Shown piece after piece: positions 29,033 through 38,267 of a stretch of 56,081 nucleotides of DNA (its first letter is position 1; each line of letters starts with the position of its first letter). This stretch comes from a virus (taxonomy: Duplodnaviria > Caudoviricetes), in IMG/VR virus record IMGVR_UViG_3300007760_000615, positions 1 to 56,081 of that record. One strand, given 5' to 3'. The notes beneath the pieces were generated by a model, which saw only the letters and a list, made by a program, of their open reading frames with translations, was not told the origin of the DNA and did not search any database. Made by a program: the position numbers and the translations under genes.

Positions 29033-30183
29033 TTTATATTCAGCCAATTAAGAAAACTAGTAGGAAATGTTTTTAAACTTATATTTCTAATTTCTGATAA
29101 TCTTTTTAGGTAATTTGCACAACCTACTCTGTCATGTTCCGAACATTCTAACGAAACCAAATCAATAAATCTTTTTTGTAAAGGATCATTTGAATGTTCT
29201 TTAATAAACTTTTCTTTAGACTCTGGATCAAGCACACATGGTTTAAGATAGTAAGGATCAGTTATAAAGTTTGGAGATAGTTTTTTGTGTCCAAACAGAT
29301 TTAAAAATTCTTTATATTTAAATGTACTTAAATTATTATGAGTGGTAGCAAATTCATAGTTAATGTTATATTGATCTAACATCTTAAGTCTATCATGAAA
29401 CCTTTCCCATGGCATTCCTTTATCATAACGTATAAATTCATGATCAGTTCCAACAGTTTCAGCACTGACGGCAACGTCTATGTTTAAACGACTAGCTAAT
29501 TCTAAGAATTTTTGGAATATAGTATTAGGTGTACCAAGTCCTGTTACCACTTGTATTTTTACTTTGTTATAAAACTTTTCAATAAATTTAAAGAAATTTT
29601 TGTTCAGTAATGGTTCACCACCGGAAAGAACTATTCTGTTTATACCATCAATATTATTTTCAATTGCAATCATTAGTAAATTAAAAAACTTAGAGTGTGA
29701 ACGTTGATGTTGTTTTAATTTTATTTGTACTTTGTTCATTGAAGTTAATTCATTTAATCCAACAGGGCCATGTTCAGCAACAGTGTGCCTCCATGAGCTT
29801 GAAAGTCTAGGAGAACAATAAGCACAGGCCATATTGCAATCAGTTGATATACTAATGGTTATTGTACGTGGAATCATATGTGGATCGTATGGTTCAGTTC
29901 CAGGCTCATACATATCTTCTTTATTGACATATTGTCTATAAGATACTTCGCCGCGATCCTCTGCCTCGAAACAAACTTTACAACTTTTATATCTTTTATT
30001 TTCCAACATTAATTTTCTATCTTTTACCATTTGATCACTTAATATAATTTTTGTTGGATCTTTTTCACACTCGGCGAGGTTTAGTCTTTCTGGATATGCA
30101 TGACAGCAATTGTATAGAAATCGATTTTCTACATCTACAAGTATTTGATTGAACTTATCATAACAGTACAGATTTTTTGTCAT
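29029..30183 (-). CDS. radical SAM protein with N-terminal twitch-like domain
   Basis: YC..YNCC..CKVC, then CNMACAYC and SGGEPLL; ATG 30183 follows TAAATA. Confidence 0.9.
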   Translation of the reverse strand: MTKNLYCYDKFNQILVDVENRFLYNCCHAYPERLNLAECEKDPTKIILSDQMVKDRKLMLENKRYKSCKVCFEAEDRGEVSYRQYVNKEDMYEPGTEPYDPHMIPRTITISISTDCNMACAYCSPRLSSSWRHTVAEHGPVGLNELTSMNKVQIKLKQHQRSHSKFFNLLMIAIENNIDGINRIVLSGGEPLLNKNFFKFIEKFYNKVKIQVVTGLGTPNTIFQKFLELASRLNIDVAVSAETVGTDHEFIRYDKGMPWERFHDRLKMLDQYNINYEFATTHNNLSTFKYKEFLNLFGHKKLSPNFITDPYYLKPCVLDPESKEKFIKEHSNDPLQKRFIDLVSLECSEHDRVGCANYLKRLSEIRNISLKTFPTSFLNWLNIN

Positions 30184-30349
30184 ACTGATATTTAATACGG
30201 TAAACTGTAGGACGAATAATTTACCATTACCACACAAAAGACTTGACTTTTTTTAAAAAGAGTGTAAAATATATTTTTATATGACATTAAGAACAGTTCT
30301 ATCGAGACTATCCTTAATGTTTAAATTAACTACTAAAAAGGAAACAATC

Positions 30350-30664
30350 ATGGGACAATCAACACCATACGTTATCTATACTAGAAACTTCAAAACTAGA
30401 GCAAAACAAATCGGAGTATTTGCAGAGCCTACTAGAAAGTATCTTGTAGATGGCGAAGTTAACGGCGGAAAAATCAAATATAAGAATTTAGCCGTGGCTA
30501 AAACTGCTAGAAAAACAGCTACTAATAAGTTGTTATCTAAAGGTTTAGATTTCACTGTAAATGTTTTAGGCGTAGCGCCTCAATCATCTGCATTAACAAT
30601 GAAAGCAAATATAATTTCATTGCTAAGAAAATCTGGCAGAAAAGTAATTAATTACTCTGCGTAA
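30350..30664 (+). CDS. basic hypothetical protein, monocistronic
   Basis: Promoter 30243-30270, AAGGAAA RBS, terminator downstream. Confidence 0.75.
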   Translation: MGQSTPYVIYTRNFKTRAKQIGVFAEPTRKYLVDGEVNGGKIKYKNLAVAKTARKTATNKLLSKGLDFTVNVLGVAPQSSALTMKANIISLLRKSGRKVINYSA

Positions 30665-30681
30665 TTAATATTTGTTAGTTC

Positions 30682-30711
30682 AGGGCGATGCTTTCGGGTG
30701 TCGCCCTTTTT
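30682..30711 (+). terminator. intrinsic terminator
   Basis: AGGGCGATGC-TTTCGG-GTGTCGCCCT followed by a T-tract. Confidence 0.9.
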
Positions 30712-30768
30712 CTATATACAACTACAAGTTAATTGACAATTTAAAAAAAATAACATATAATAAACACA

Positions 30769-31416
30769 ATGGCTTACCATAATGCAAATATACCTGTCAT
30801 TGAATGTTATGTTCGCGGAAACTATTTGCGAGATCAAAAAGATTCATTTGACAAATATTTTGAATGTAGAGTATTTGGCGTCATGAGCTTACCAGGACAG
30901 GTTCCGTTATTTCATTTTATGATGGAAGACGGAGGTTTATGGTGGAAGGCTCCTATCTCTGCATTTTGTAAAAAAGAAGGTGTAAAAGAACTGCCTTTAA
31001 ATGAATTAATGTTGTGGGATTCATTTAGTTATAATATATCAGTCACAACTTTTTTCCATTTAGCAGATATTAAAATGACTTACTTCTCAAGACGTAAAGT
31101 AAAAAGGTCAGGCAAATATTTGTTTACATTAGATTGGACAATAGGAGACTTTAATGAATTAAACTTTGGCTATGCAGATGTACCAGGCCAACATAAGTGT
31201 GGACACGTTATTGAATTAGATGATGGTAATTATGCAATCCAACCTAATAATAGATTAAAAGTATTTGAAACAGAATTTATAGATAAGCCAGATGAAAATA
31301 TTATAGACCGTTTAGTTAATACACACAAATACTCTGTTGAGTCAGGTGAAAAATGGATAGTCACAGAAAAAGAACAAGGTAGTTTTGATTATGATATTGA
31401 AGAAACTAAAGAGTAA
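30769..31416 (+). CDS. conserved phage hypothetical protein
   Basis: 215-aa ORF; TTGACA-17-TATAAT promoter at 30733-30761. Confidence 0.75.
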   Translation: MAYHNANIPVIECYVRGNYLRDQKDSFDKYFECRVFGVMSLPGQVPLFHFMMEDGGLWWKAPISAFCKKEGVKELPLNELMLWDSFSYNISVTTFFHLADIKMTYFSRRKVKRSGKYLFTLDWTIGDFNELNFGYADVPGQHKCGHVIELDDGNYAIQPNNRLKVFETEFIDKPDENIIDRLVNTHKYSVESGEKWIVTEKEQGSFDYDIEETKE

Positions 31417-31424
31417 ATATATGC

Positions 31425-32306
31425 ATGAAGATAATTCATGTAGAAGCCAGCACATTTTGTAATGCTCGTTGCCCATTATGTCCTAGAAGTTTGTATGGAT
31501 ATAAGGTAGAGGGAGTATATCCAGAAGTACATTTACAAGTAGACAAGTTCAAAGAGGCTCTTAAAAAAATACCAGGTTATGAGTTTGTATATTTTAATGG
31601 TCACCTAGGTGATCCTATGATGAATCCAAATATTTTAGAACTTGCATTGATGACCAAATGTCAAACATCTATTACTACTAACGGTAGTATAGGATCTAAA
31701 AATACGTGGCAACAGTTAGCTAAAAATAATATAAAGTTTATCTTTAGTATTGATGGGCTAGAAGATACTAATCATCTGTACAGACAAGATGTTGAATGGA
31801 ATAAAATTATGGATAGAGTTAAATGGTTTATTGATGCTGGTGGTTATGCTACATGGAAATTTATATTATTTCGTCATAATATGCATCAAGTTGAACAAGT
31901 AAAAGAATTGTCTAAAGAATTAGGGTTTAAAGATATTTGGATAGAAGATGATGGACGAAGCTATGGTCCTGCATTAGATAAAAATGCAAATATCACTCAC
32001 TGGATCTTACCACACAATAAACCTTTAGAACCGCACCCTTATTATGTTAAAGAAGGAATTGAAAGATATAAAGAGACACACCAAAACTTTCAAGTAGAGC
32101 CTAAGCTGTATAATATCCAATGTGAATACTTAAAGAATGATGATACCTACATTAATGCTAAAGGTGAGGTAGGACCTTGTTGTTATCACGGATATGATAT
32201 GCCGGGTAGACCGTTTGTAAAATTAGAAGATCACTATAAATTAAGAGCGACTTGGACTACAAAGAAATGTAATCCTGTATGTGCAATGAGTTGTGGAAAT
32301 AATTAG
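31425..32306 (+). CDS. radical SAM protein with C-terminal twitch-like domain (paralog of 13170..14171)
   Basis: CNARCPLC, FSIDGLEDTNHLYR (identical to paralog), VGPCC, CAMSC. Confidence 0.9.
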   Translation: MKIIHVEASTFCNARCPLCPRSLYGYKVEGVYPEVHLQVDKFKEALKKIPGYEFVYFNGHLGDPMMNPNILELALMTKCQTSITTNGSIGSKNTWQQLAKNNIKFIFSIDGLEDTNHLYRQDVEWNKIMDRVKWFIDAGGYATWKFILFRHNMHQVEQVKELSKELGFKDIWIEDDGRSYGPALDKNANITHWILPHNKPLEPHPYYVKEGIERYKETHQNFQVEPKLYNIQCEYLKNDDTYINAKGEVGPCCYHGYDMPGRPFVKLEDHYKLRATWTTKKCNPVCAMSCGNN

Positions 32307-32728
32307 ATAACGTTCCAAGAACTGCCGTCGAATTCTTTTCCTCTTCCGTCACCTGTAGTGTAAGGAACACTCATTATATTAGCTCTAGCAAAAAATCTGC
32401 CAGCATTAATTAATGTAGTTTTATCTGCACTAAAGTGATCTGCCCAGTCATCTCCTGCCGCTGTGCCTGGACCTTTTGTTCCAAAACCACGTGCCATTAT
32501 TAATGAACCGTTTACACCAGCGTCGACACCATCTTGTGGAAGTCTCCAACCTAACCATGTGCAATTTTTTTCGAACATAGCCAATGCGTCTGCATGAAAG
32601 AAGTATGCTTTTGCTTCTTCAACATTTGCAAATCTGTTTGTTTTTATTACGTCGCTGGCACCATCATGTTCCATATACAAGTGGTATGCAACGTTATGTA
32701 CTCCATATGCTGTATCACTATTTGTCAT
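32303..32728 (-). CDS. hypothetical late protein
   Basis: AGGAG RBS and TAAATA upstream. Confidence 0.7.
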   Translation of the reverse strand: MTNSDTAYGVHNVAYHLYMEHDGASDVIKTNRFANVEEAKAYFFHADALAMFEKNCTWLGWRLPQDGVDAGVNGSLIMARGFGTKGPGTAAGDDWADHFSADKTTLINAGRFFARANIMSVPYTTGDGRGKEFDGSSWNVI

Positions 32729-32753
32729 GTTTTAAATTCTCCTATAACTGTAC

Positions 32754-33905
32754 TTATTTACCATAGTAAACAACATTATCAGCTTTAGGATATGTTCTCC
32801 ATGGATCAAATATGATAGTATTATGATCAGCTTCTACGATATCTGTTTCATGCACTCGTACGATAACATCAATGTTTTCGTTATATCTATTAATTGCTAT
32901 ACTATCTATAATAGATCCACCGTGCCATACGATCCAATGTTGTACAAGCAACGAATAAGAGCCATCAATTAATGTTGTATTAGGCTTGTAAGTATCTGAT
33001 GTAAAGTGTATGTTTTTACCGTGCTTTAGTATTGCAAGTGCCATGTTTTCTGCTTGTCGTTCTCTTGTAGTCATTATAGATGCAAATGGATCGTAGCCTA
33101 ATTTAAGTTCTTTAGCCAACCAACGTAAAGCAATATTATCTCGTGGATGACAAGCACCACCATCTCCCATACCTGCTTTCATATATGCTGAGCTATTAAT
33201 TCTTTGTGTACTTTTTGCTAATGCTTTGGTAACAACATCAACATTCATATTGCCTAGTTGTCCAGCAACATCTTGTATCATATTAACAAATGCAATTTTG
33301 CTACTGATAAAAGTATTGTAAAATATTTTAATTGCTTCTGCTTCTTCCCATGTACCAAATTCAACACGTGGATTGTTATTACAAACCATTGTATAAAAGT
33401 TTAATAAATTTTGTGCTCTAGTGGCAGTAGCTTTAACGCCTTTCATTGTTCCAACAATAATCATTTCAGGATTCATCATATCCCAACCTACAGATCCCAT
33501 AGCTATTAGATAGGGATTATAAATTAGTTTTGTATTAGTAACTAGTGGAGCAAGTTCTCTTCTAATAGTTCCTGGTAATACTGTTGATATCAATGCAAGA
33601 GTTTGTTTTTGTCTAACATATTTGTTGCACTCTGTTAAAACTTCTTTTACTGAATCGTAGTTAAAATCTTTAGGAGGAAGATGGCTTGTAGGTGTTCGTC
33701 CATCATATCCTTCTTCGTGTGGAGTAGGTGTTGCAACAAATATAATATCTGATTGTTCAACTACTTCCTGTATTGAATCTTTTATATCTACCTTTGTACT
33801 TTGTTTAGGCAGTATATCATATCCATTTACATGATAGCCTTTGTCAACAGTTGCTTCTGCACAAGGCATACCTAGTTTACCTAATCCTATAAATCCTATT
33901 AACAT
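32754..33905 (-). CDS. ugd: UDP-glucose/GDP-mannose 6-dehydrogenase family
   Basis: GLGKLG, FVATPTP, STVLPGT, KIFYN, GDGGACHPRD. Confidence 0.88.
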   Translation of the reverse strand: MLIGFIGLGKLGMPCAEATVDKGYHVNGYDILPKQSTKVDIKDSIQEVVEQSDIIFVATPTPHEEGYDGRTPTSHLPPKDFNYDSVKEVLTECNKYVRQKQTLALISTVLPGTIRRELAPLVTNTKLIYNPYLIAMGSVGWDMMNPEMIIVGTMKGVKATATRAQNLLNFYTMVCNNNPRVEFGTWEEAEAIKIFYNTFISSKIAFVNMIQDVAGQLGNMNVDVVTKALAKSTQRINSSAYMKAGMGDGGACHPRDNIALRWLAKELKLGYDPFASIMTTRERQAENMALAILKHGKNIHFTSDTYKPNTTLIDGSYSLLVQHWIVWHGGSIIDSIAINRYNENIDVIVRVHETDIVEADHNTIIFDPWRTYPKADNVVYYGK

Positions 33906-34858
33906 TTAAAAGTTTCCTTATATAATTTTGTAACAGGAGTGTTAATTCCTTGGTTTAATTTATATTGAAGAGAAGGATGATATTTAGTTATTGTATAATT
34001 TTGATGTTTTACTTGTCCAGTTTTAACGTTAAAATACCAATTCTCTACCTTGAACCAGTTTTCGGTATTAATTCTTATATGTTCTGTACCCTTTGGCCAA
34101 TCTTCAATGTTGCTTTTTTCTTTAAGCATTAAACTATCTATTATTTTAATTGTATCAAAATCTTGAAAATGATTATGTAAATCTCTTAGATGCAACATAT
34201 TATCATTCCTTTTCTCAGTGTTTGCTGGTAGTATCGAATTATCTAATACTGCTTGAATAGATGGGTGTTGAACAACTGTGTCATTAGTTTTCCATAACCC
34301 TTTTACAATTATGTGTGGACCTTTGTATTCTCTATTGTAAGTTATTATGCCGTGTTTAAATTTAATGTTATTAAAAGTTAGTGCAAGTTCAAGGAACAAT
34401 TCATTTGGTACATAAACTTTATCTTTAATATTACTAACGTCAGTTGAAACTTTTAGCCACCATTGCATCCATTCTAGATCCTCTTTGCCACAAAAAAAAG
34501 GTTGCATCAATATTCTATTAGGTAAAGTATATCCATATTCATAATTTAAAACTTCTTGATCACCGTGTTGTATTTTATATGCACACCATGGTACTCCGGG
34601 TTCAGTCCATTCTTTAGGAAATCTTTTTAAAATTCTACATTCAGGATCCATAAAGCAAATTCTTTTTGCTTCTGTTTTGCTAACATAATCAATCATTTGA
34701 GATTGTATGTAAAAGTTTATTTCGCTAATTGATTTAAAATCTGGAATAGTAATTATATCGTATTCATAATTAAATTTTTTACAGTCGTCTTTGAGTCCTT
34801 GTGAATATGTTTCTACAAAGTTTTTTGTGCCATAAGCAACGATTTTAAGATTCGTCAT
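33899..34858 (-). CDS. hypothetical protein, possible GT-A glycosyltransferase
   Basis: Lies between DegT and ugd; ICFMDPE at a DxD-like position. Confidence 0.5.
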   Translation of the reverse strand: MTNLKIVAYGTKNFVETYSQGLKDDCKKFNYEYDIITIPDFKSISEINFYIQSQMIDYVSKTEAKRICFMDPECRILKRFPKEWTEPGVPWCAYKIQHGDQEVLNYEYGYTLPNRILMQPFFCGKEDLEWMQWWLKVSTDVSNIKDKVYVPNELFLELALTFNNIKFKHGIITYNREYKGPHIIVKGLWKTNDTVVQHPSIQAVLDNSILPANTEKRNDNMLHLRDLHNHFQDFDTIKIIDSLMLKEKSNIEDWPKGTEHIRINTENWFKVENWYFNVKTGQVKHQNYTITKYHPSLQYKLNQGINTPVTKLYKETFKC

Positions 34859-36008
34859 AAAATTTTTTAATATGTTCAATTATATAATCTTGTTCGTCTT
34901 CTCGCAAGAAAGGATGACATGGCAATGAAAGTATTTGTTCTGATATCTGTTTTGCAATATATGGATACTCAGACTTACTATCAATTTGAGTTAAAAACGG
35001 ATATTCATTTATTGGTATTTTCCAATGGATTAAACTTTCGATATTAACATCATTAAGGTATTCACGTAACTCTTCTCGTCTACTAGATAGTATAGAATAT
35101 AAATGATATACATGATGTCTGTCTGTTAGTTCTTCTGGAATATGTTCTACTACATCTTTTAAATGTTTGTTATATTTAAATGCGTGTTTTCTTTTCATTT
35201 CGTTAAGTTCATTTAAGTAAGGTAGTTTAGCAGATAAGAATCCTGCTTGTAATGAGTGTATGTTTCTATTCCATCCTATGTGTTCTCCTATTGAATCTCT
35301 TTGAGTTCTAGGTATTTTGGATAAGTCTGCACAGTAAGATCCATCAACTATTCCAACACTTCGTCCATGGTTACGTATTTCTCTAGCTCTTCTACATACT
35401 TCTTGTGATCCAGTAATTGCACCTGCACCTCCTATTGCTCCTAAAGGTTTAACAGGGCCAAAACTAAAACAAGTAATATCTGCATTGGTTCCAGTCATTC
35501 TTTTTTTATAAGTTGCACCATGAGCCATTGCGGCATCATCAATTGTAGTAATGTTATGTTTCTTTGCTACTGCTACAATCTTATCTACGTCAGGTGTTTG
35601 TCCATTTATATCTGTCCAAACTATTGCTTTTGTTTTGTTAGTAATTTGTTCTTCAATCTTGTCTTCATTAATGCCATAGTCAGATACTTTAACATCAACA
35701 TACTTTAGTGTTGCTCCTAGATTCATAAATGCTTCAGCGGTTGATATAAATGTATGAGCAGGAATAATAACTTCGTCACCTGGCTTTATGTTTGCAATCA
35801 TACCTGCAGTATGTAATGCATCAGTTCCACTTGTTAATGTGGCACATTCTTCTGTTCCAGTAAACTTTATCCACTCCTCTTCAAACTTTCTAACTTGTGG
35901 ACCACGAAGATATTTTGCTTCGTTCATACAATCCATGTATGCGTTGTTTAAATCTTCTTGTATGTAATCAGACACACGTTTAAGATCATGTAATTTAATT
36001 TTATCCAT
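34845..36008 (-). CDS. DegT/DnrJ/EryC1/StrS PLP aminotransferase
   Basis: SGTDAL, GDEVIIPAHTF, DDAA, SFGPVKPLGA (PLP Lys), LSLP. Confidence 0.92.
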   Translation of the reverse strand: MDKIKLHDLKRVSDYIQEDLNNAYMDCMNEAKYLRGPQVRKFEEEWIKFTGTEECATLTSGTDALHTAGMIANIKPGDEVIIPAHTFISTAEAFMNLGATLKYVDVKVSDYGINEDKIEEQITNKTKAIVWTDINGQTPDVDKIVAVAKKHNITTIDDAAMAHGATYKKRMTGTNADITCFSFGPVKPLGAIGGAGAITGSQEVCRRAREIRNHGRSVGIVDGSYCADLSKIPRTQRDSIGEHIGWNRNIHSLQAGFLSAKLPYLNELNEMKRKHAFKYNKHLKDVVEHIPEELTDRHHVYHLYSILSSRREELREYLNDVNIESLIHWKIPINEYPFLTQIDSKSEYPYIAKQISEQILSLPCHPFLREDEQDYIIEHIKKFYDES

Positions 36009-36037
36009 TGTTGCTTATAGATATAGTTATATACAGA

Positions 36038-36073
36038 AATGGCTCGCTATTAGCCATAATGGCTCGCTATTAG
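36038..36073. repeat. 16-bp direct repeat AATGGCTCGCTATTAG x2
   Basis: 36038-36053 and 36058-36073. Confidence 0.85.
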
Positions 36074-36090
36074 GTTTGTGGTTTATTTGG

Positions 36091-36327
36091 TTATGCTGAA
36101 TAATCTGGTAAAGGTCCGCCGTATTTCTTGCCTTTAATTTTTTTACCAGCTACTTTTTTGGTCTTACCACCGAGCTTGGCTACACGATTTCCGGTACGTT
36201 TTCGTCTACCTTGTGACTTGCATGAAGCTACCCAAGATGAAGGTAAGTCTTTAGTAGGTCTACTGCATACACCTTTTGGTGCTGGACCTATGTTCTCATC
36301 TGTGCCTATTACTTCAAATATTCTCAT
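36091..36327 (-). CDS. small basic late protein
   Basis: TAAATA upstream; K/R-rich C-terminal half. Confidence 0.7.
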   Translation of the reverse strand: MRIFEVIGTDENIGPAPKGVCSRPTKDLPSSWVASCKSQGRRKRTGNRVAKLGGKTKKVAGKKIKGKKYGGPLPDYSA

Positions 36328-36413
36328 TGTGCTTGTATTTACTCAATTTACAGTACGAAGTAGATCTTGTTAAAATGTAGCACCCTGTAATATATTGTTA
36401 TTAAGTAATTGTT

Positions 36414-36480
36414 TCAGCTATAAAATGCCATCAGCTCTAATACATCAGCTCAAAAACCGTCAGCTCTGACCTGTCAGTTC
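36414..36480. repeat. five TCAGCT(C)-type repeats at 14-17 bp spacing
   Basis: Starts at 36414, 36431, 36445, 36460, 36474 (last is TCAGTTC). Confidence 0.75.
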
Positions 36481-36506
36481 TGTAAACACGAACAATAAAT
36501 ACTGAT

Positions 36507-37010
36507 ATGAAGATCAAAGAAATCGCCATTGTGGGTTCAAAAATTTCAGATACTACATCTAGTGGCACTACATCTAGTGGTCAACCGGTGGGGTCACCAC
36601 AAGATATAGTACCTGATATGGTTGACAATAAGGTTTTATGTCAACCAGACCATTCAGCGATAGCGGAAGGCGTGAGCCAAATTTTTAGAAGAAAGAAAGG
36701 TGGAATGCCTACGAAAGGTTTTAGATGCACGACAGGTCCAAGAAAAGGTCGTATCGTTGCCAAGCCATCAACCTGTTTTCAAAAAACAGATCCGCAACGG
36801 TCAGCAAAGATAAGAAAGGTAAGACAACGAAAGGCCAGAATCGCAGGTAAGAAACTAGGCATCACAAAAAGATCTGGAGCAGGTTCAAGAAGATTACAAG
36901 GAATTCAAATAGGTGGGAAGAAACAAGGCAAAGGTGGTAAGTCAACGGCACCAAGAATGAAATCCACGGCACCAAGAAAATCAAAAACAATCAAGCCAAG
37001 AAAATCATAG
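36507..37010 (+). CDS. very basic late protein whose 5' part overlaps operator repeats
   Basis: TAAATA upstream; MKIKEI start; FRCTTGPRKGRIVAKPSTC. Confidence 0.7.
   Translation: MKIKEIAIVGSKISDTTSSGTTSSGQPVGSPQDIVPDMVDNKVLCQPDHSAIAEGVSQIFRRKKGGMPTKGFRCTTGPRKGRIVAKPSTCFQKTDPQRSAKIRKVRQRKARIAGKKLGITKRSGAGSRRLQGIQIGGKKQGKGGKSTAPRMKSTAPRKSKTIKPRKS
36550..36612. promoter_or_regulatory. NrdR-box-like operators (3 copies; copies 2 and 3 are 32 bp apart)
   Basis: ACTACATCTAGT at 36552 and 36567, ACAAGATATAGT at 36599; fit CwAnATnTwG. Confidence 0.7.
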
Positions 37011-37063
37011 AAGAAATTTTTAAATAATGTTAATATGAAGAATGAAAAAGGAAAAAGAAAAGA

Positions 37064-37267
37064 ATGTTTCAACGAAACAAAAAGAAATCATGGTCAAAAG
37101 AAGAAGGCCAATTTTTTAGAAGAAGAAGACAGACAAAAAACAATTCAACATTTGACCCTAAAATACATAAGATGAGTCCACACGGGCTCGGATATCAAAT
37201 GAAGGATGATGTTAAGCCTAACCCAAAAGAATCAACGGGTGCGGTATTAAAAAATATACTAAAATAA
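37064..37267 (+). CDS. small basic hypothetical protein
   Basis: 67-aa ORF with AAGGA upstream. Confidence 0.55.
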   Translation: MFQRNKKKSWSKEEGQFFRRRRQTKNNSTFDPKIHKMSPHGLGYQMKDDVKPNPKESTGAVLKNILK

Positions 37268-37293
37268 GTTAAAAAAGTTGGTTTTCACCCATG

Positions 37294-37341
37294 GCACTAC
37301 ATCTAGTGGTCACCAGGTGAAGCCACTACTACATCTAGTCT
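37294..37341. promoter_or_regulatory. tandem NrdR-box-like operators, 32 bp apart
   Basis: ACTACATCTAGT at 37296 and 37328. Confidence 0.7.
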
Positions 37342-37425
37342 TTCACAACCCCGTGTAAGTCATTGAAATCATTAGACATTTTCCTGGACTTTATATATAC
37401 GGATTTTTTCACGGTCATTTTACCA

Positions 37426-37455
37426 GGTTGACGGTATTAAGACCTATGTTATTAT
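37426..37455 (+). promoter_or_regulatory. early promoter, GGTTGAC class
   Basis: TTGACG, 16 bp, TATTAT with extended TG. Confidence 0.8.
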
Positions 37456-37460
37456 AAAGC

Positions 37461-37745
37461 ATGGATTTGAAAGAGAAAATTTTAGAAAAAACATCAGCAG
37501 ACCTAATAGAAGAGCTGTATGAAGATTTCATAGACCAATACCAAAAAGGAAAATTCGTAGAAGGTATTTGTGAATGGAATGGTGACGATGCTTTAATGGG
37601 ACCAGAATCAGTTGCTCATAAATTTAAAAAGAAAGCAATTGAATTAGGATATGGTTCTAATATGAAAGGCATTTTATATTGGGCAGAAGAATTAGAACAA
37701 TGGGTAGATGGCCATTTAGGACATTTAGAAAGTAAATTTAGATAA
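37461..37745 (+). CDS. hypothetical early protein, probably leaderless
   Basis: ATG 5 nt after the -10 box. Confidence 0.7.
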   Translation: MDLKEKILEKTSADLIEELYEDFIDQYQKGKFVEGICEWNGDDALMGPESVAHKFKKKAIELGYGSNMKGILYWAEELEQWVDGHLGHLESKFR

Positions 37746-37936
37746 TGAGTTTAAAAAATAAAAAACAATATTATATCACAGAAGGACATATTGATGAAGA
37801 TGGAAATGAATATGAAAAAGATTATAGTGGACCTTTTACTTTGAACAAGGCAAGAAGACTTATGGAAGGTTATTTTAAAAGTTCTTATCATTTTAGAAAT
37901 CCTTACAATATGAATATCAGAGGACCAGGATTATGA
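37745..37936 (+). CDS. hypothetical early protein, paralog of 38614..38913
   Basis: YYITE..GPFTL.KAR..IRGP shared. Confidence 0.7.
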   Translation: MSLKNKKQYYITEGHIDEDGNEYEKDYSGPFTLNKARRLMEGYFKSSYHFRNPYNMNIRGPGL

Positions 37937-38061
37937 AAAAGAAAAGAAATTATTTAGAAAGAAAATTAGACGAATATAATCATACAATGGAATTGATTAG
38001 AACAATCCTTCCGGTTGCGATTATAGTTCTACAAATTATTATATTGGTGAAAATTATATGA
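37933..38061 (+). CDS. 42-aa membrane peptide (not in ORF track)
   Basis: MKKKRNYLERKLDEYNHTMELIRTILPVAIIVLQIIILVKII; ATGA-coupled at both ends. Confidence 0.65.
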   Translation: MKKKRNYLERKLDEYNHTMELIRTILPVAIIVLQIIILVKII

Positions 38062-38267
38062 ACATACTAGGAGCAATCACAGGATTTTTTATGTTATTCA
38101 TACCAGTTGAAAGTGAAGTGGCTGTGACAAAGAATATTTATAATGCAACGGTATTGGCAGGCAAGATTATAGAAAAAACAGAACAAGATAATTGGGGAGC
38201 ATCAGCTCACGAAGAAGGGTACCAAATAATAAAAGATACAATTTTAAGAATAGGAGAGTTAAAATAA
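38058..38267 (+). CDS. hypothetical early protein
   Basis: Translationally coupled ORF. Confidence 0.6.
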   Translation: MNILGAITGFFMLFIPVESEVAVTKNIYNATVLAGKIIEKTEQDNWGASAHEEGYQIIKDTILRIGELK

